A stretch of DNA of 63,075 nucleotides, counting the filler, from Vannella sp. (Eukaryota), in NCBI GenBank assembly GCA_023345925.1. It is 5 parts of 5 records of this genome, joined end to end, with 100 filler letters (N's around TTAATTAATTAA, not from the genome) between each part and the next. Parts side by side here need not be neighbours in the genome. Positions count along the whole stretch, not along the records: positions 9,700 to 40,385 come from JAJQQN010001351.1; 4 more parts are not named here. The stretch is one strand, 5' to 3'. The position numbers were made by a program, and so were the translations under genes. The notes under the pieces were generated by a model. The model saw only the letters and a list, made by a program, of their open reading frames with translations. It did no database searches and was not told the DNA's origin. This document shows, one piece after another, positions 9,990 through 22,652 of the stretch. Position 1 is the first letter of the stretch, and each line of letters opens with the position of its first letter.

Positions 9990-12900
9990 TTAGGGAGTCG
10001 TGGGTACTTCTGCACCGAGGTCCTGAAGGATCTTGAAGACATTGTCAGCTACCCCATTCAAGAAAGGGACTGCAGGGCGCCATAGTTCTTCCACTAGAAT
10101 GTGTACTGAGTGCTCTGGGGTGATACGACGAATAACAGGGGGCATGGCGATACGGGCATGCTTCGCCTTGTTAGTCAATTCAATTAACTGTTTGAGCCAA
10201 TCACAATCCACAATCTCATTCAACAATTCTTCGGCTGCTGGATAATGACTGAGCCCAGTCCAAGTTTCTGATGGGCCAACGTAGGGAAAACCTTTCAGGT
10301 GAGCCTTGCATTGCGGAAAGACAGTTTGTGGGATAAACTTTTTGTTCGGGGTCCCAAAACATCGTCGCGCAAATCGGGTGATGCCATGATCCAGCAAATG
10401 GCGTAACTTGATTGCTGTTAGATAAGCCACGATCGTTCCTTTTCTGATGCGCTCTTCGTAATCCATTCCAGCAGCTATCTTAATCCCAATCTGACACAGC
10501 TTGAAGATCTGGAGTTGTGCTCTTTCCCACTGCTCAATAAGATCCTCTTCCAAATTAAGATTTTCTCTTTCCAATCGGATCTCTTCCAGAGTTTGTCTCC
10601 AATTTGTCTCTCGGTAATGCATAGGTGCCTTACATCCAGAGATGAGAGAGAGAGCAGGCTCAAGCAATTTGGAACTGCGGTAAATTTGGGCAAGCTGTTC
10701 GCAAGCTCGCTGGTGCGATTTCCAGCCGTCCAAAGATGGATCAAACCGATGACTCTTCATGACTTTCCTCCAGAGAAGGGCAGCACGTTCTTTGTGCTCT
10801 TTTTGGCTTTCCGCAAGTTCGATCCAAGCCAAGGTGGCTTCTCTTGGTTGATCTAATCTGAGGTTGTCTCGGAATTTGTCACAAGCTTTGAGAAAGTCAT
10901 CAGCAAACTTGTCCTGATTGTGAGCGATAGAATCTTGAATATCATACTTCTTCGGCACTCTCGAGGGCGTTCCACGCTTCTTTGCGATTTTGGAAATTAA
11001 CTCGCGGTCTGTCGCAACTGTAATGCATATATCCTTCACCTTGGTGATAGCAACTGGCAGGAATTTCAGCAGGTCAAAGGTGTAGTCAGGTTTCATATCG
11101 CACGCTCTAACATCAGGTTGTTGCCTTTGGAAACGAGACTTAATAAAAGACCCGATGGGTTGCCAATAGGGCGCCAAAGCAATGCTTGGTTTCACTGTCC
11201 CACTGTCAGAGGCTTCCTTCAGCTTTTTGTCGTGAATTCGGAGATTAGCTTTAAGTTGCTTCCAGAAAACAGCAGTTTTCTCGAACAGAGTACCCTCATC
11301 GAGCTTGACCTCAAAATGGTATCCATTTGGGGTATTAACAATTTGGAAGTATGGTTCCCAACCATGACCATGATCTAGGATCTCATTGGAGATCTGACCA
11401 ATTAAGAAGCACCTTCCTTGTCGGGAAATCTGTAGCTTTTGCTCTTCGGTCAGGGTTCTGTGTTCCTGAGATTGGAGCAGTCGGTAGAGTGACCAAGAAA
11501 ACAGCTGAGGGTTGGGCTCAGCATAATCGATCAGGAATGTGACAGCCTGGCGCTTGATGAGTCCTCTGTCCTCCTCAACTTGTTTTTGGGTTGTCTGAGG
11601 CGTGAGGCGAACATGCTTGCTGTCATTACCGATTGCGTACAATTTATCAAACCAGCTGTCTTCGAATCGAAGGTTATCTTGATTAAAGTACGCAAATGGG
11701 AGCTCGCACAAGAATTTTTTCCATGTGCTCTCACACAGTTGTGTTAAGTTAAGGTACTTCACTTGGTGTAGGTTCAGACCAGAATCAGGTGGACAGGGGG
11801 TTTTCGAGGGAGTGTCCTTTTTGCTCTTCTGGGAGCTAACAATCTTCTGAGTGATAGTCTTTTGCTGAACGACAGCTTTCTTCTGTTTGCCAATTCTGGA
11901 AGTGCTGGGTTCCTTTTTTGATTTTACAATCTGAGCTGGGTCGATTAGCTTTACAATGGACTGATAGAACGTCTCTCGCTCATCTAATTTTGGAGCCGCA
12001 TTATCCTGTTTCGGATTGCCAGTATTAATGGCTGAGTCTGGATGGAGCCATTGCTCTACTGCATCTGAATTCTCTCCAAATAGAGTGAGAGCTATCTTAT
12101 TTAGCGTATCCTCTTTTGGTGCACCATTATACCAAGCTGTAGCGATGTCTGGAAGCTCCTTGAGTAGCCGTTCTGTGAGATCCTTCTTCACGTCTTTGAA
12201 TTCCTTCTTTTTGAAAGATTCTGCCGAGTTGCGAAGCTGAACCTTGCACGCCTCATTGAAATACGGCAATTTAGCTAAATTCCTAGCTAGATCTGCAGAG
12301 TCAAGGTTCTTCAGGGGGTGGTACTTTTTGAAGAAGGATTTCACCAGGCTCTCCTGGGAGGACTCATGTGGAAAGTAACTGGAGGTAACAGAAGGATAGA
12401 TTGTTGTTATCAGTTCTTGAAAGCTCTGATCAAGAATGTTCCCGAGAAGAACAAAGAGCTCTGTAACAATGTTCCTCTGCTCAGGACCCAAAGAAAGGTC
12501 CAGATAGCTGTGCCGGTGTAAAAGCAGCTGAGCGCGTTCCCACTCTTTTTCAGCATATTGCAATTGCGCTTGAATCCCCTCTGAAACAAGAGATATTGAG
12601 TAATCCTCGTAATTTGACTGGCAGACTTGGCCAAGTAGAGCTTCTAGATCTCTGATATCCTCTGGAAACCGCTGTTGCCAGAGCTTTGAGTAGTGCTGAG
12701 CGAGGTAGCCGAATTGGCAAAGTTCAAGAGATTTGAGCTCGTTCTTGAAAGTTTCGAAGGCACAGTCGTGGTGTCCTTTTGGTAGCAAGAGTAAGGCATC
12801 TATCATTTCCAAGAAGTACTGCAGATTACCAATGCACATGTACCGTTCGGCATCCTTTGCTGAACGACTTGCACTCAACTGGGTCTGAATGTGTTTAAGA

Positions 12901-13876
12901 GCATCATCATACCTGCCAGAAGCCATTAAGCACCTGGAAATCGTGCAATTATCAATAGGACGGAGGCCATCTTTACGTTGAGCAAGTTCGAAGATATCCA
13001 AAGCTTCAAGAATCTTTTCAGGGGAACCACCATTCCACAAAACACGTCCAAAAAGGCTTAATGTTCCACTCGGCTTTGGCTCTGATAAGTTTCTTTCATG
13101 TGCCAACGCCTCCTTTAGAAGCTTAATTGCTCCTTCATCATCGCTGCGCGAATGATAGATATGAGCAAGATGAGTTTTGGTGTACGCAATCGCGCCTTCC
13201 TGATTAGATCTTTGGTGTTGGCCATGTTTGCGTTGGCATTTTTGATAGCATTCCAACGCAGATCGGTGATGGTCTTCAGCCTGCTCAAGCATTCCCATGT
13301 TCTGCTTCAGGGATCCCATGTAGTTTTGACTGACTCCCTGAGCGATCAAATCGTTGCGTTCAGAGACCTGGCTCGCAGGAGATTTCTTGCCTGCCTGAAT
13401 CTTCTGGACCAATATCTGGGCCCTCTCATGGTACTTAACAGCTCGTTTGAAATCGCCTTGTTCTCGAAAGAGCTTGCCAAGGCAGTTGTTCATTCTGACT
13501 TGCAGGGGTGGTATAGGCTTTTCTTTCATCATCCCCGACACTTTCTTGAACAACTGCTGAGCTTGAGCCAACTCCCCTTGATGAAGGAGAATTTCCGCTA
13601 CATATTGAATGTGATAAGCCTGCATGTCATCCAAGGCATGATCCTGTGAAGGTTACAATGATTGCTCTGTACTGTGTTTGTATAGCTTACCTTCCAGTCA
13701 GCATTCTGCTGGGCCTTTCTCAAGAGGGTCACAGCTTCTTCCTTCTTTTTGCTCTTCCATTTCTCTACAGCCGCCTATGACACGTCAATCAAAGTGACGT
13801 CTTGTTACTCTAATCCTCTTACAGTGACCTGCTGCTCAACCGCCAGTCCAGCAGAGGCGACGTCGCCCTCATCCAT
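9990..13876 (-). CDS. Large TPR-repeat protein with two HEPN-like domains
   Basis: 1214-codon open exon plus two short 5' exons (ATG 13876); N-terminal TPRs (NCLGKLFREQG, NYMGSLKQNMG); duplicated WERAQL..L[GR]xxLD..FP..WxxxLxxxxNxxKH module. Confidence 0.8.
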
Positions 13877-14356
13877 CCTCGCTTCCCAAAAAATAATAAT
13901 CCGACTTCGTTCAATCAAGATTCCCTCTTCTATGATCGATAAAGGACGAACCAGTGAAGCAGAGACGGTTTTAGCTTAGCAAATAGGAGAGGAAATCCAT
14001 TCGGAAGAAATTATGGGATGGATCCTCCCTCCAAGAAGGTCTTTTTGGCGAGGAAATTGTCATTTATTATCAATTTTTCATTAAGCAGGCGGTGGCTTAA
14101 TTAATCAAGTCTAGCTACAAGCAGCAACAATGAAATGTCACCGATGCGCAAAAAAGGCCATTCAAACACCAACAGCAAGCGCTGACATGCTGCAAGAGTA
14201 ACATTTGAGAGTTTGATCAGCAAATGTCTCCTCGTTGGTTCAGGGATAATTGATGTGATCATGGCAATCATATCATAGTATCAATCAGGGAGTCATGATA
14301 TCGGAAATTACTTCCAAGAAAGTAGTTGTTTAGGAGGTGATTAAGCCTAATCAGTG

Positions 14357-15560
14357 TCACCAAAAGCTTGGCAATGCAAGATTTACTGCATAAGATTTGA
14401 GAGGATTCTCCGCCCCACTCAACCTTCGGCGCTTTGGAAAAGGTGATCTGGAGCGATTTCGGACTCGTTGAGTGAACACCGGTTGGTTCCCTGAATCGTT
14501 GCGTGAACGATTGAAGGCTTGCAATCCTTCACGCTGTGAATGCGCTTGGCCTTCTTGGGTTCTGAGGCGCTGCATCTCAAGGGCGTTGTCTTGCGATTTG
14601 GACTGAGCTAATGCTTCGACCAGCATTCTAAACTGGGACTCGTGTCCGGTACGCTGTCGGTCCAAGGCTTGTGCGAAAGCACCCAGTAAATCTCCTTGCG
14701 TAAACCCGTTCTGGCGGGTTCAATCCGAAGGCTGCCAACCAATTCTTTGGGAAGAGCATAGATTCTCTTCTTGACGATTTCATGAAATTAGCGGAAGATG
14801 AGCTGCAATTCGTCTTTACGGGCCCTGTTGGCGAGCAGCAATCTTTCGTAAACTCAGCAACTGCTGCCGTGAAGTGTGTCCGGGAATATTGGTCATATAT
14901 CTTGAACAAAAAACCATCAAATGACGATTTCAGAGCACTTTGTCCTGCTAGAGACAAGATTGAGAGCTTTTCGTAGTCTTTCAAGGGGTCTCGCCTCTTT
15001 CCAGCCGGAATCTCCTCATTTTGAAGATTTACTACTGGAAATGCCCTCGCCGCTCGTGACTTCTCTCTCTCCTCTCTTTGGGGACTAATCGGGGACAAAC
15101 CCCCGATGCAAATGATGGTTTTATATGTTTTTAAGAGGGCTACTTTTCCCTCGTTTGGAGGCAAGATCAAATGAGCCCAAAAAGTGTCAAATACAGCTTT
15201 CGAGAGTTGGAAGTGATTGCAGTACTTGGACCACATTGGTGAATCAAGTCTCCACTTGATTTCTTGGTAGAGAAGAGCCATTTCACGTCTTTCAATGTCT
15301 CTTATCATCTTGAGGAGAGATCATTCATTAGCGACATACACTTCAATTAAGGAATGTAGCGTGCGGGGTTTGCACGTTTAGGGCCTGAATCGGAGGTGGG
15401 TTTGCAGGGACGTTCATCCCAACCTTTTAGTCTTAATCTTCCACTTGCCAGATTAGAGGTGAGCCCAAAAATATTCTCAGCGATTGCTTCAACTCTTGCT
15501 AGGAGACTTGCAAGGAGTTCTTGGTCTCTTTCCCTTTCTGCTCTCAGCCGAAGTCAGTCT
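14357..15560 (-). other. Fragmented ORFs of unknown nature (spliced orphan gene or decayed element)
   Basis: ORFs 14357-14665 and 14628-15308 in different frames, no recognisable domain; contains repeat B. Confidence 0.3.
14982..15043 (-). repeat. Dispersed repeat B, partial copy
   Basis: Reverse complement matches 34207-34268 at 60/62 nt. Confidence 0.9.
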
Positions 15561-15719
15561 GCCCAAGCCGAAAGTCGATTCAGAGGGGATAACATCTACC
15601 CGCCAGTTTGAGGAGATTCCGACAGCAAATTAATTAAGAAGGAGATTAGATTAGGAGGATCCATTGTTGTGATGGAAGCTTCGGGACGAACAGCTCCCGT
15701 GTTTGAACCGCTCCGTTCC

Positions 15720-16319
15720 ATGGGCTCAGAGTCTCCGGCGATGGACCAGCAGTTGGAAGAGAGATGTGATAAGACGTTTTGGTTGCTGAGTGGACTTATG
15801 CTGGTGCGTGGTGAGTGGGGAGATGAGCGCGTCTCACATTGCAAAGGTGTTCTCTGTGATGGAGTGGTTTGTGGGAATTCTCTTTTGCTGGTTCCCAGCG
15901 GTCCTTTACTTGTATGAAGCGGGGTATTGGAGTCTCTCGCTCACCTTGGGACTTTCCTTTGCCACCCTCCCTTTGGTGTGCGTCTCCTTCGTTATCGCTG
16001 GAGTGTCCAGGAAAAGCCCTATGATCATCGCAACTGTAAGTCAGAAGATGTTTGGTTCTATCTGCTAACCTAATGGGCACAGGCGACCTCCATTCTGCTC
16101 ACTCAGTTGATAATCACTGGGATTCTCTCCTTTGTTGTCATCTTCTTGTCTGTTTCGTTCGTAGCAGGGTCTCCGAATGTTCTGATTGTGTTATGCATTT
16201 TGGTTGGGATTGCCTTTGTCCTGATTGTGTACCATTCTGTGGGAGCCGCCTTTGTGATGTCCTCTTGGAAGCAGCACCTCAAAGTGCGCCATTTCCCTTG
16301 CACATACCAGTTCGAGTGA
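15720..16319 (+). CDS. Small ~4-TM membrane protein, 3 exons
   Basis: Hydrophobic segments in consecutive ORFs joined by GT-AG introns (~15804-15850, ~16036-16082). Confidence 0.55.
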
Positions 16320-16443
16320 TGGTGCGAGAAGATAAAGTGAAATAAACCCGTTTTTCCAAAAAAAAGAAGATAAAGTGAATAGATAAAAATTCCAGGCAAA
16401 GAAAAGAATTTCCGAGTATTTTTTGAATCTTTTTCATTCTCTC

Positions 16444-17491
16444 ATGTCGCTGTTGCGGGAGGTTGCATCTTTCTGCCTTCCTCAGAAGCTCATCGGGCAG
16501 CTTCTGCAGGCTGGATATCGATATGGTTCTGATGTTGAGAAGGATGTGAGACCTTTTGATCTGGCAAAGGAGCTTGGCTGCAGCAATCAGGAGGCGCTGA
16601 GTGTTCTCCGAGCTATTTATGGTCCATCACCGGCGCGTGGTGAACTGAAAGGTGCCTCTGCTTTCGAGCTCCTTCATCAAGAGAGCAATATGGAGCCTAT
16701 CGTTACCTTTTGCTCTGCTATAGACTCGATGCTTGGAGGGGGAATTCCACGTGGGAAGATTACCGAGTTCTGTGGTGTTCCTGGGGTTGGAAAGACTCAA
16801 ATGGGGTATGTAGTGGCGTCGTGAAGAACAAATTACTGATGGATGAAGCCTTCAACTTGCTGTCGACGTTCACATTCCCAAGATAATGGGAGGGCCACAA
16901 GGAAAGTGTGTTTACATTGACACTGAAGGGAGCTTTGTTCCAGAACGAGTACGAGAGATGGCGCAGGCTCTCGTTGAGAGACTTGGTGATATGGCAAAGA
17001 CCATGGAGAGCTCATCTGAGATAACCCTCCCAACTGCAGATACCATTATGGACAACATCTTCTACTATCGCGTTCACGATTATATCGAGCAACTCGCTCT
17101 GATCCATCAGCTCCCGAATATTCTGAAGGAAGACCCAATGATCAAGTTAGTGGTAGTGGATAGTGTTGCATTCCACTTTCGCCACGACTTTGGAGAAAAC
17201 ATGAGTCTTCGAACCCGGCTACTGAATGGGACTGCCCAAAGTCTCCTGCAGCTGGCCATGAATCATCAAGCCGCAGTTGTTCTCATCAATCAGGTAACCA
17301 CAAAAGTGAATGAGTTCAAGCCATCCATGCTTGTCCCAGCGTTGGGAGAGAGCTGGGGACACACTGTACCATATCGAGTCATGCTGTATTGGGAAGCTGG
17401 AACTCGCTACGCTCACTTGTACAAATCCCCAGCACAAGAAGCTGCCACCGTCCCATTTCAACTGACTCAGGAGGGAGTACGAGACATATAA
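16444..17491 (+). CDS. RAD51C: DNA repair protein RAD51 homolog 3, 2 exons
   Basis: IVTFCSAIDSMLGGG, Walker A GVPGVGKTQ, YIDTEGSF, VVVDSVAFHFRHDF, LINQVTT, PALGESWGH. Confidence 0.93.
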
Positions 17492-17562
17492 ATCATGGAT
17501 CAATGCAAATCATTGACTTATGGCTAGAAATCAAAATTTTCCGCTCAAAAGCGAGCAAATTC

Positions 17563-17634
17563 GGTTCTATAGCTTAGTGGTAAAGCGCATGCCTAGTAAG
17601 CATGAGATCCCGGGTTCGATCCCCGGTGGAACCT
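17563..17634 (+). tRNA. tRNA-Thr (anticodon AGT)
   Basis: Acceptor stem GGTTCTA/TGGAACC, anticodon arm CATGC-CTAGTAA-GCATG, T-arm CCGGG-TTCGATC-CCCGG; T5 Pol III terminator at 17638-17642. Confidence 0.96.
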
Positions 17635-17792
17635 TCGTTTTTCCTCTCAATTACTGTGAAATTCTTCAATTTTTTGCTCGACAAAAGCCAGCCTGAGTCT
17701 GTGACACTGACACAGAAACTTCACTTTATAAGATATAGGATGAAGCGTTGATAGTGTAGTGATAGTGAGACTCAGGCTTGCTAATGCCTAGC

Positions 17793-18743
17793 TTATTGTT
17801 GTGGTGTGAATAACTTTAAAGGTTTTCTGTTGATGATGGACTCGCGAGCATCCCAATCAATAAAGTCAGACCCAGGCGCTCTTTTGCACAGGTCATTGAA
17901 ACCTGTCTCCCCAACAAAGCAGATTTCGTAGCCATCTGGGTCTGCAAGAATGGCCACTTGCACATCGGCTTTGCCAGGAGTTGGGAGGGTGATGGGCTCA
18001 TTGATAACAGAGCCCTTTTCTGACTGCTTCGCCGCTTCAAAGAACTCCACTGGTCCGTCCTTAGCACTGAAAGCAATCCTGCCGAAGGAGCTGCCATGTG
18101 AAACTGGCAATTCATCTCGGGTTTCAATCAACTCCAAGTGACATTGTTCTTTCTCGCAGCCTACGGCCAGAATCCGCTTCTCAGCATCTCTTCTGAATAT
18201 CTGAGCACCCAATGTGGTACACCAATACCTTTCAGAGGCTTCCAAGTCTGTTACCCAAAGAGAAACAGCTTTGATAGGGCATTCTGTCACAACAGACTCT
18301 TCTATGAACTTGTACCGGTATCCGTCTGGACCTGTAATGATACCGATCGTGTTATCGTCATCAATGCCAGGCTCTGCACTGTCAATGGGCCAGCCCAACT
18401 TGGTTGCCGCCTTCTCGATGGTCGACCAGCGAAAGGGGCTAAATGGCTCATCAGAACGAGTGCAAGCCATCGTAATACAACGCAGGTCGTGTCCAAGAAC
18501 GTAAGTGCTCACACCGTAGTTGTACGTGAGCTCAAATACAAAGTTCTCTTGCTCATCACCGTGTCCGATCATCGTCTTACTCCATCTCCCCTCGTACGGC
18601 CCATTGCAAGTAGCCTCACATCCAAGACTGAACTCTTCGTGACGTAGCACTTGCATACCAAGCACCTGCTGACAGAACTCCACAGACTTTCCCAAATGGC
18701 CCACTTTGAACACCCAATGAAGAGGCCGTGCCAACTTCTCCAT
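17793..18743 (-). CDS. GLOD4: Glyoxalase domain-containing protein 4
   Basis: LHWVFKVG, LRHEEF..GCEATCNGPYEGRWSKTMIG, ELTYNYG, FGRIAFS, LPTPGKA, DPDGYEICFV. Confidence 0.95.
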   Translation of the reverse strand: MEKLARPLHWVFKVGHLGKSVEFCQQVLGMQVLRHEEFSLGCEATCNGPYEGRWSKTMIGHGDEQENFVFELTYNYGVSTYVLGHDLRCITMACTRSDEPFSPFRWSTIEKAATKLGWPIDSAEPGIDDDNTIGIITGPDGYRYKFIEESVVTECPIKAVSLWVTDLEASERYWCTTLGAQIFRRDAEKRILAVGCEKEQCHLELIETRDELPVSHGSSFGRIAFSAKDGPVEFFEAAKQSEKGSVINEPITLPTPGKADVQVAILADPDGYEICFVGETGFNDLCKRAPGSDFIDWDARESIINRKPLKLFTPQQ

Positions 18744-19048
18744 CCTCCCAAAGAATGACCTTTTTGCAACCCTTCGCGATCGCAGGGCAAAAAAGGCCGA
18801 AATTTCGTTGAGATCTCCTCCAAATCCATCGAAAGGGCCGGAGTGCAGAAGTTACCTTCACTTTCAGAAAGTGTGCAGCATTTAGTGTTTTGCCAGAAGC
18901 TCCTACAGGCCCCGGCGTTATGCCAATCGTTATGAAAGCAGCCATTTATGACTGCGAAAGAGCTGTTTGATCTCCACGCAGAAGGAGATCTGAGAGAGAA
19001 CAAGTTATTAATGCACTTTTATGAAAAGGTTGGGGTGATGGTGAGAGG

Positions 19049-20812
19049 TCAGTCGTCGTCTTCGTAGGGAGTGTTGATGCCAAGAGAGTTCATCACTTGA
19101 GTGAGGTGAGTAGCAACGTCAACACCTTCAAGGCGAAGGGCTTTTTCCAAGAGCCCAAATGCTTCTGAGAAGTTCTCATTCTTCTTCAGGAAGATTCCCA
19201 ATTCATAGTTCAGAAGAGGCTCTTTGGGCTGCATATCAAGTAAACGGCGGTACCAGAAAACAGCTTTGGCATTGGCCAAGTTTGTTGAAACTATCCCAAG
19301 ACCAAGATTAGCTTCTTGGTAAGACCAAACACCTCTCTAAGAGTGACTCTTACCAGTTCCGTTGAGGAATGCTTCAGGGCGATTGTGATTGTGGTAGAGA
19401 ACGCAGAGTTTGGCCAGGGCATGAAGAGTGGAAATATGGTTGCTGAAACGGGAAGCGGCCATTAGTTCGAGAGTGTTGAAGATTAAATCATGTGCTGGAG
19501 TGATAGTCTCATCCAATACCTTCTCTTCTAGCTCTTCTCGGCGAGCATGTTTATCCCATAACCCCGAAAGAGTCTTAATTACGACGTCTTCATCGTAGTC
19601 TCCATCAATAAGCTTGAATCCGCGCTTTTCTGCTGCCTTGACCGTCTCACTTAGCTGGTTCTTGAGCACGACATAAGGAGTAGGTGGTAGGATGGGCCCC
19701 AATGGTGTCTGCATCGAAGGAATGTGCTCTAAACTGATGGGCTTCCCAGAGCTCTTCATTAGAGGAGGAGGGGAATGCTCATATGTCGATAATTTAAAGG
19801 CACCGTGCTCTTGATGGAGCTGGTCTACATCATCCAAGACGCTCTGTAGCCAGTCACATTTCGCGTTCTTTTGCTTGAGTCCAGCGACAATGGAGTAAAC
19901 GAGAGAGTGTTGATAAGCATTGGTAGTCAATTGTGCCACCGCATGCTCCAAAATAGGGGATGGAACCCCTTCGTTTTGGCTTTTGCAGTTAGTCAGAGTC
20001 ATAACAATAGCCACAATTGGGTCTGTGTTGCCTGTCAGATAAAAGAGACCCCACCAGAGGCTCCAATAGCTCAACGGGAAGCTGCTACGCATCAATTCCT
20101 CCTGTGGGAACCCAACAATTTTCAGATACTGTCCCACCAACCCCTTTGCAGAGTCACAGAATAGAATAGGGTTGTCCATCGCATTAGAACGGGCACTTTC
20201 AAGGAAGTGCCCATACGGCAACTATATCACTTTTCAGAATACACTTTCAGTTTCTCGCTTACTTACGCTCTCCGGGGAGAAGTCGATGCTCTCGAATGAC
20301 TCTTTGGCTGCTGCTTGACATGCACTTGAGCAGTCCTTTACGGAGTACAAGACTGAAGCAAGGAGATCTGTTCTTCGGTCAATCAGATACCGTTTCGGGT
20401 CCCCGTGGGTTTGCTGAAGTCGTTGCTTCGACTGGGGATCAATGACACTCAACTCTGACTCAACAAAGGATGGTAGCGCTTCGAGGAGATGATCTGTCCA
20501 TTGAAGGATGCGATGCGGGTAATGCCGCATCTGGTGGGACAGTAGACCGATCGCTCCGATCTCATTGAAGAGTGTTGTGGTCAAGAATAGATGAGGCGAC
20601 ACTTCTGGATGCGGGTTGGCGTAGTAGAAGGTGAACGCCTTGAGAAGGTTCATGCTCTTCGCAGGAGAGTCCACAAAGGGCGAGAACTGGCTATATGGCC
20701 ATCTCACAGAGTCACTGGGTGCTCCTTGTTGAGAACTCGTGCTCTCTGCATGCTTAACAACGCCCCAAAGCCCTCTCCAAGAGCTCCTTGTCCGCTCCAG
20801 ACCCCGTATCAT
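19049..20812 (-). CDS. Hypothetical protein with C-terminal TPR-like helices, 3 exons
   Basis: Three consecutive long ORFs separated by intron-like gaps; Arg-rich N-terminus; YELGIFL..EAFGLLEKALRL. Confidence 0.6.
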
Positions 20813-20868
20813 CGCGGACCTTCAAGGAATGAGCCTCACGGAGGTTCGTTTATGTACAAAACACTGTT

Positions 20869-21643
20869 CTACACGTAACAGTACTTGTGTAAGCTGTGTT
20901 GGAAGTGTCTATCTTCCTCTAAAGCTCCAGAGTGTGTTCGGCATGTTCCCTTGCAGTAGCCGAACAGATCCCCGGTCTGTAGCATGTGTAGAAGGTAGTT
21001 AGAGGGGTTGGTAGAGAGCTGGCCACGAATCAGGGCTTCTAAACGGCTCTGGTACCCAAGGGAGGAGGCGTCGATCTGTCTTGCCTCTGTTAGAGGTCGG
21101 GGGAGGGGGTTTAGGTCGTACATCGATACCTTTCATGCAACAAGAGATGCAGGTCTCATAGAATTGGCAGCAGAGCCGCCACTCTTCCCGCCCTTGAGGA
21201 GGAGCAAACTCCTGAAGCTTGAACTTCTCTGTCTCGCCATTTTGAGTCACCCTGACGAGCTAGTATACAAACATTGACCTTACGGAAGATACAGCCATCA
21301 CAAGAGTGGCGAAGACTGCTCTCACTCACAGAACAGCAGCCAGCAAACTCGAGCTCGCTTCCTTTCCGACAGAGATAGCCTTCTTCCTGTCAGAAGCACT
21401 CTCACATCATCTTGTACACACAGTTGTCATCTCACCTTGATCGTCAGCTATCAAATAAGCCCCCTGGTGCGAGTTCCGACATTCAAACTGTTGTTCCTTC
21501 CTCACAGTGACTTCCCTCGTCACCTGGGGAGCGATCTGGACCTGGTATACATCGGATGCAGACCAATAGAGTAGTAAGCAAGCAAAGGTGAGGAGGTAGC
21601 AGGCCACAATCGCCACCAACTGTGGCCCGCCAACGCCCCGCAT
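20869..21643 (-). CDS. SPRING1: SREBP-regulating protein (SPRING1/C12orf49-like), multi-exon
   Basis: N-terminal TM, CRNSHQGAYLIADDQ, GYLC..GCC..CDGC, CCQFYETCISCC, FGYCKGTCRT..KYCY. Confidence 0.85.
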
Positions 21644-21718
21644 CCGCCTCTCACTCAATGAGAGGATTCCAAGCAGTCTAGTGGGTAGATTACTTTCAGA
21701 AGACTTCATTTGCTCGCA

Positions 21719-22560
21719 ATGCGCTGGGTTCTGACGCTCCTGGTGCGCGCAGGATCGGAGGGGGAGGACAGGCGCTGATGAAAGAGGGTGTAGGTGGCTC
21801 TGGTGGTTGTATCTGTTGATGGACAGAGGTCCTATGCTATGGGTGAGCCATTGATCATCCAATGCCTCGACTTCAATGGCGGGAAGGAGTGGACTGCTGG
21901 CCCGCAGTGTGGCGAAGTGAGTTTTGGGTTCCTGTGAAGAGTACAACAAGAGGCTGATGCACAGATTGAAGGAGGTGATGGAGATCAAGTACGGTGTGGA
22001 TGCAATGACGCACTGTCAGCTCCCTGTGCCAGATGAAGGGACTTACGCTGCTCTTACCGATGTGATCGATCGCCGTACTACATGGAGCTGTCGGGTGATG
22101 TTGATGCCAGAGACCGATATCTGGATACCCTTTAGCATTCCCTTGTGGGGCTTGGTTGAGCCTACGCACCTCCACGTCGACAATCACATCAACTTTCTCT
22201 TTCATGCCTTCCGTGGCACCTTGATAGGCGTCGCTGCATACCCTTGTAGGTACATTTCAGTACCCTCTACCAATCTCTCACCCTAAATCACCCCCAGTGA
22301 AGGACAAGTTCGAGTTTGCCGCGATTGGGAGCACTTTGCACATGCACGGGTCCACAAAGTGGTTCAAAGGAGGCTCCTTTGTTGGATTCTCTCACTCTCT
22401 CGAACACGACTCGGCAGAGTCTGTCGTAGCAATCATCATAGTGGCCGCCCTCTGCAGTGGCATCACTCTGATCTGCACAGCGAGTATCATGTTGGGTCTT
22501 TATGACTGTTATCTCAAGCCAGAGCTAAAGAAGTCATTCACAAAGATGAAACAAAGCTAA
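21719..22560 (+). CDS. Hypothetical type I membrane protein, multi-exon
   Basis: Signal-like N-terminus, WSCRV..IPFSIPLWG..HLHVDNHINFLFH..AYP core, C-terminal TM. Confidence 0.65.
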
Positions 22561-22652
22561 ATGAAGTCCATTTGACCCGCACCGTTGCAGTCTGAGTCCG
22601 AGTCTCACAGAAACGAAGATACCGGTAACCTGGCGAGGGAATAATGCCGAAT

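Noticed and set aside
20869..21298. Apparent MYND-like Zn finger gene with a 24-nt first intron
   Set aside because: The Cys-rich ORFs are exons of the SPRING1-like gene starting at 21643.
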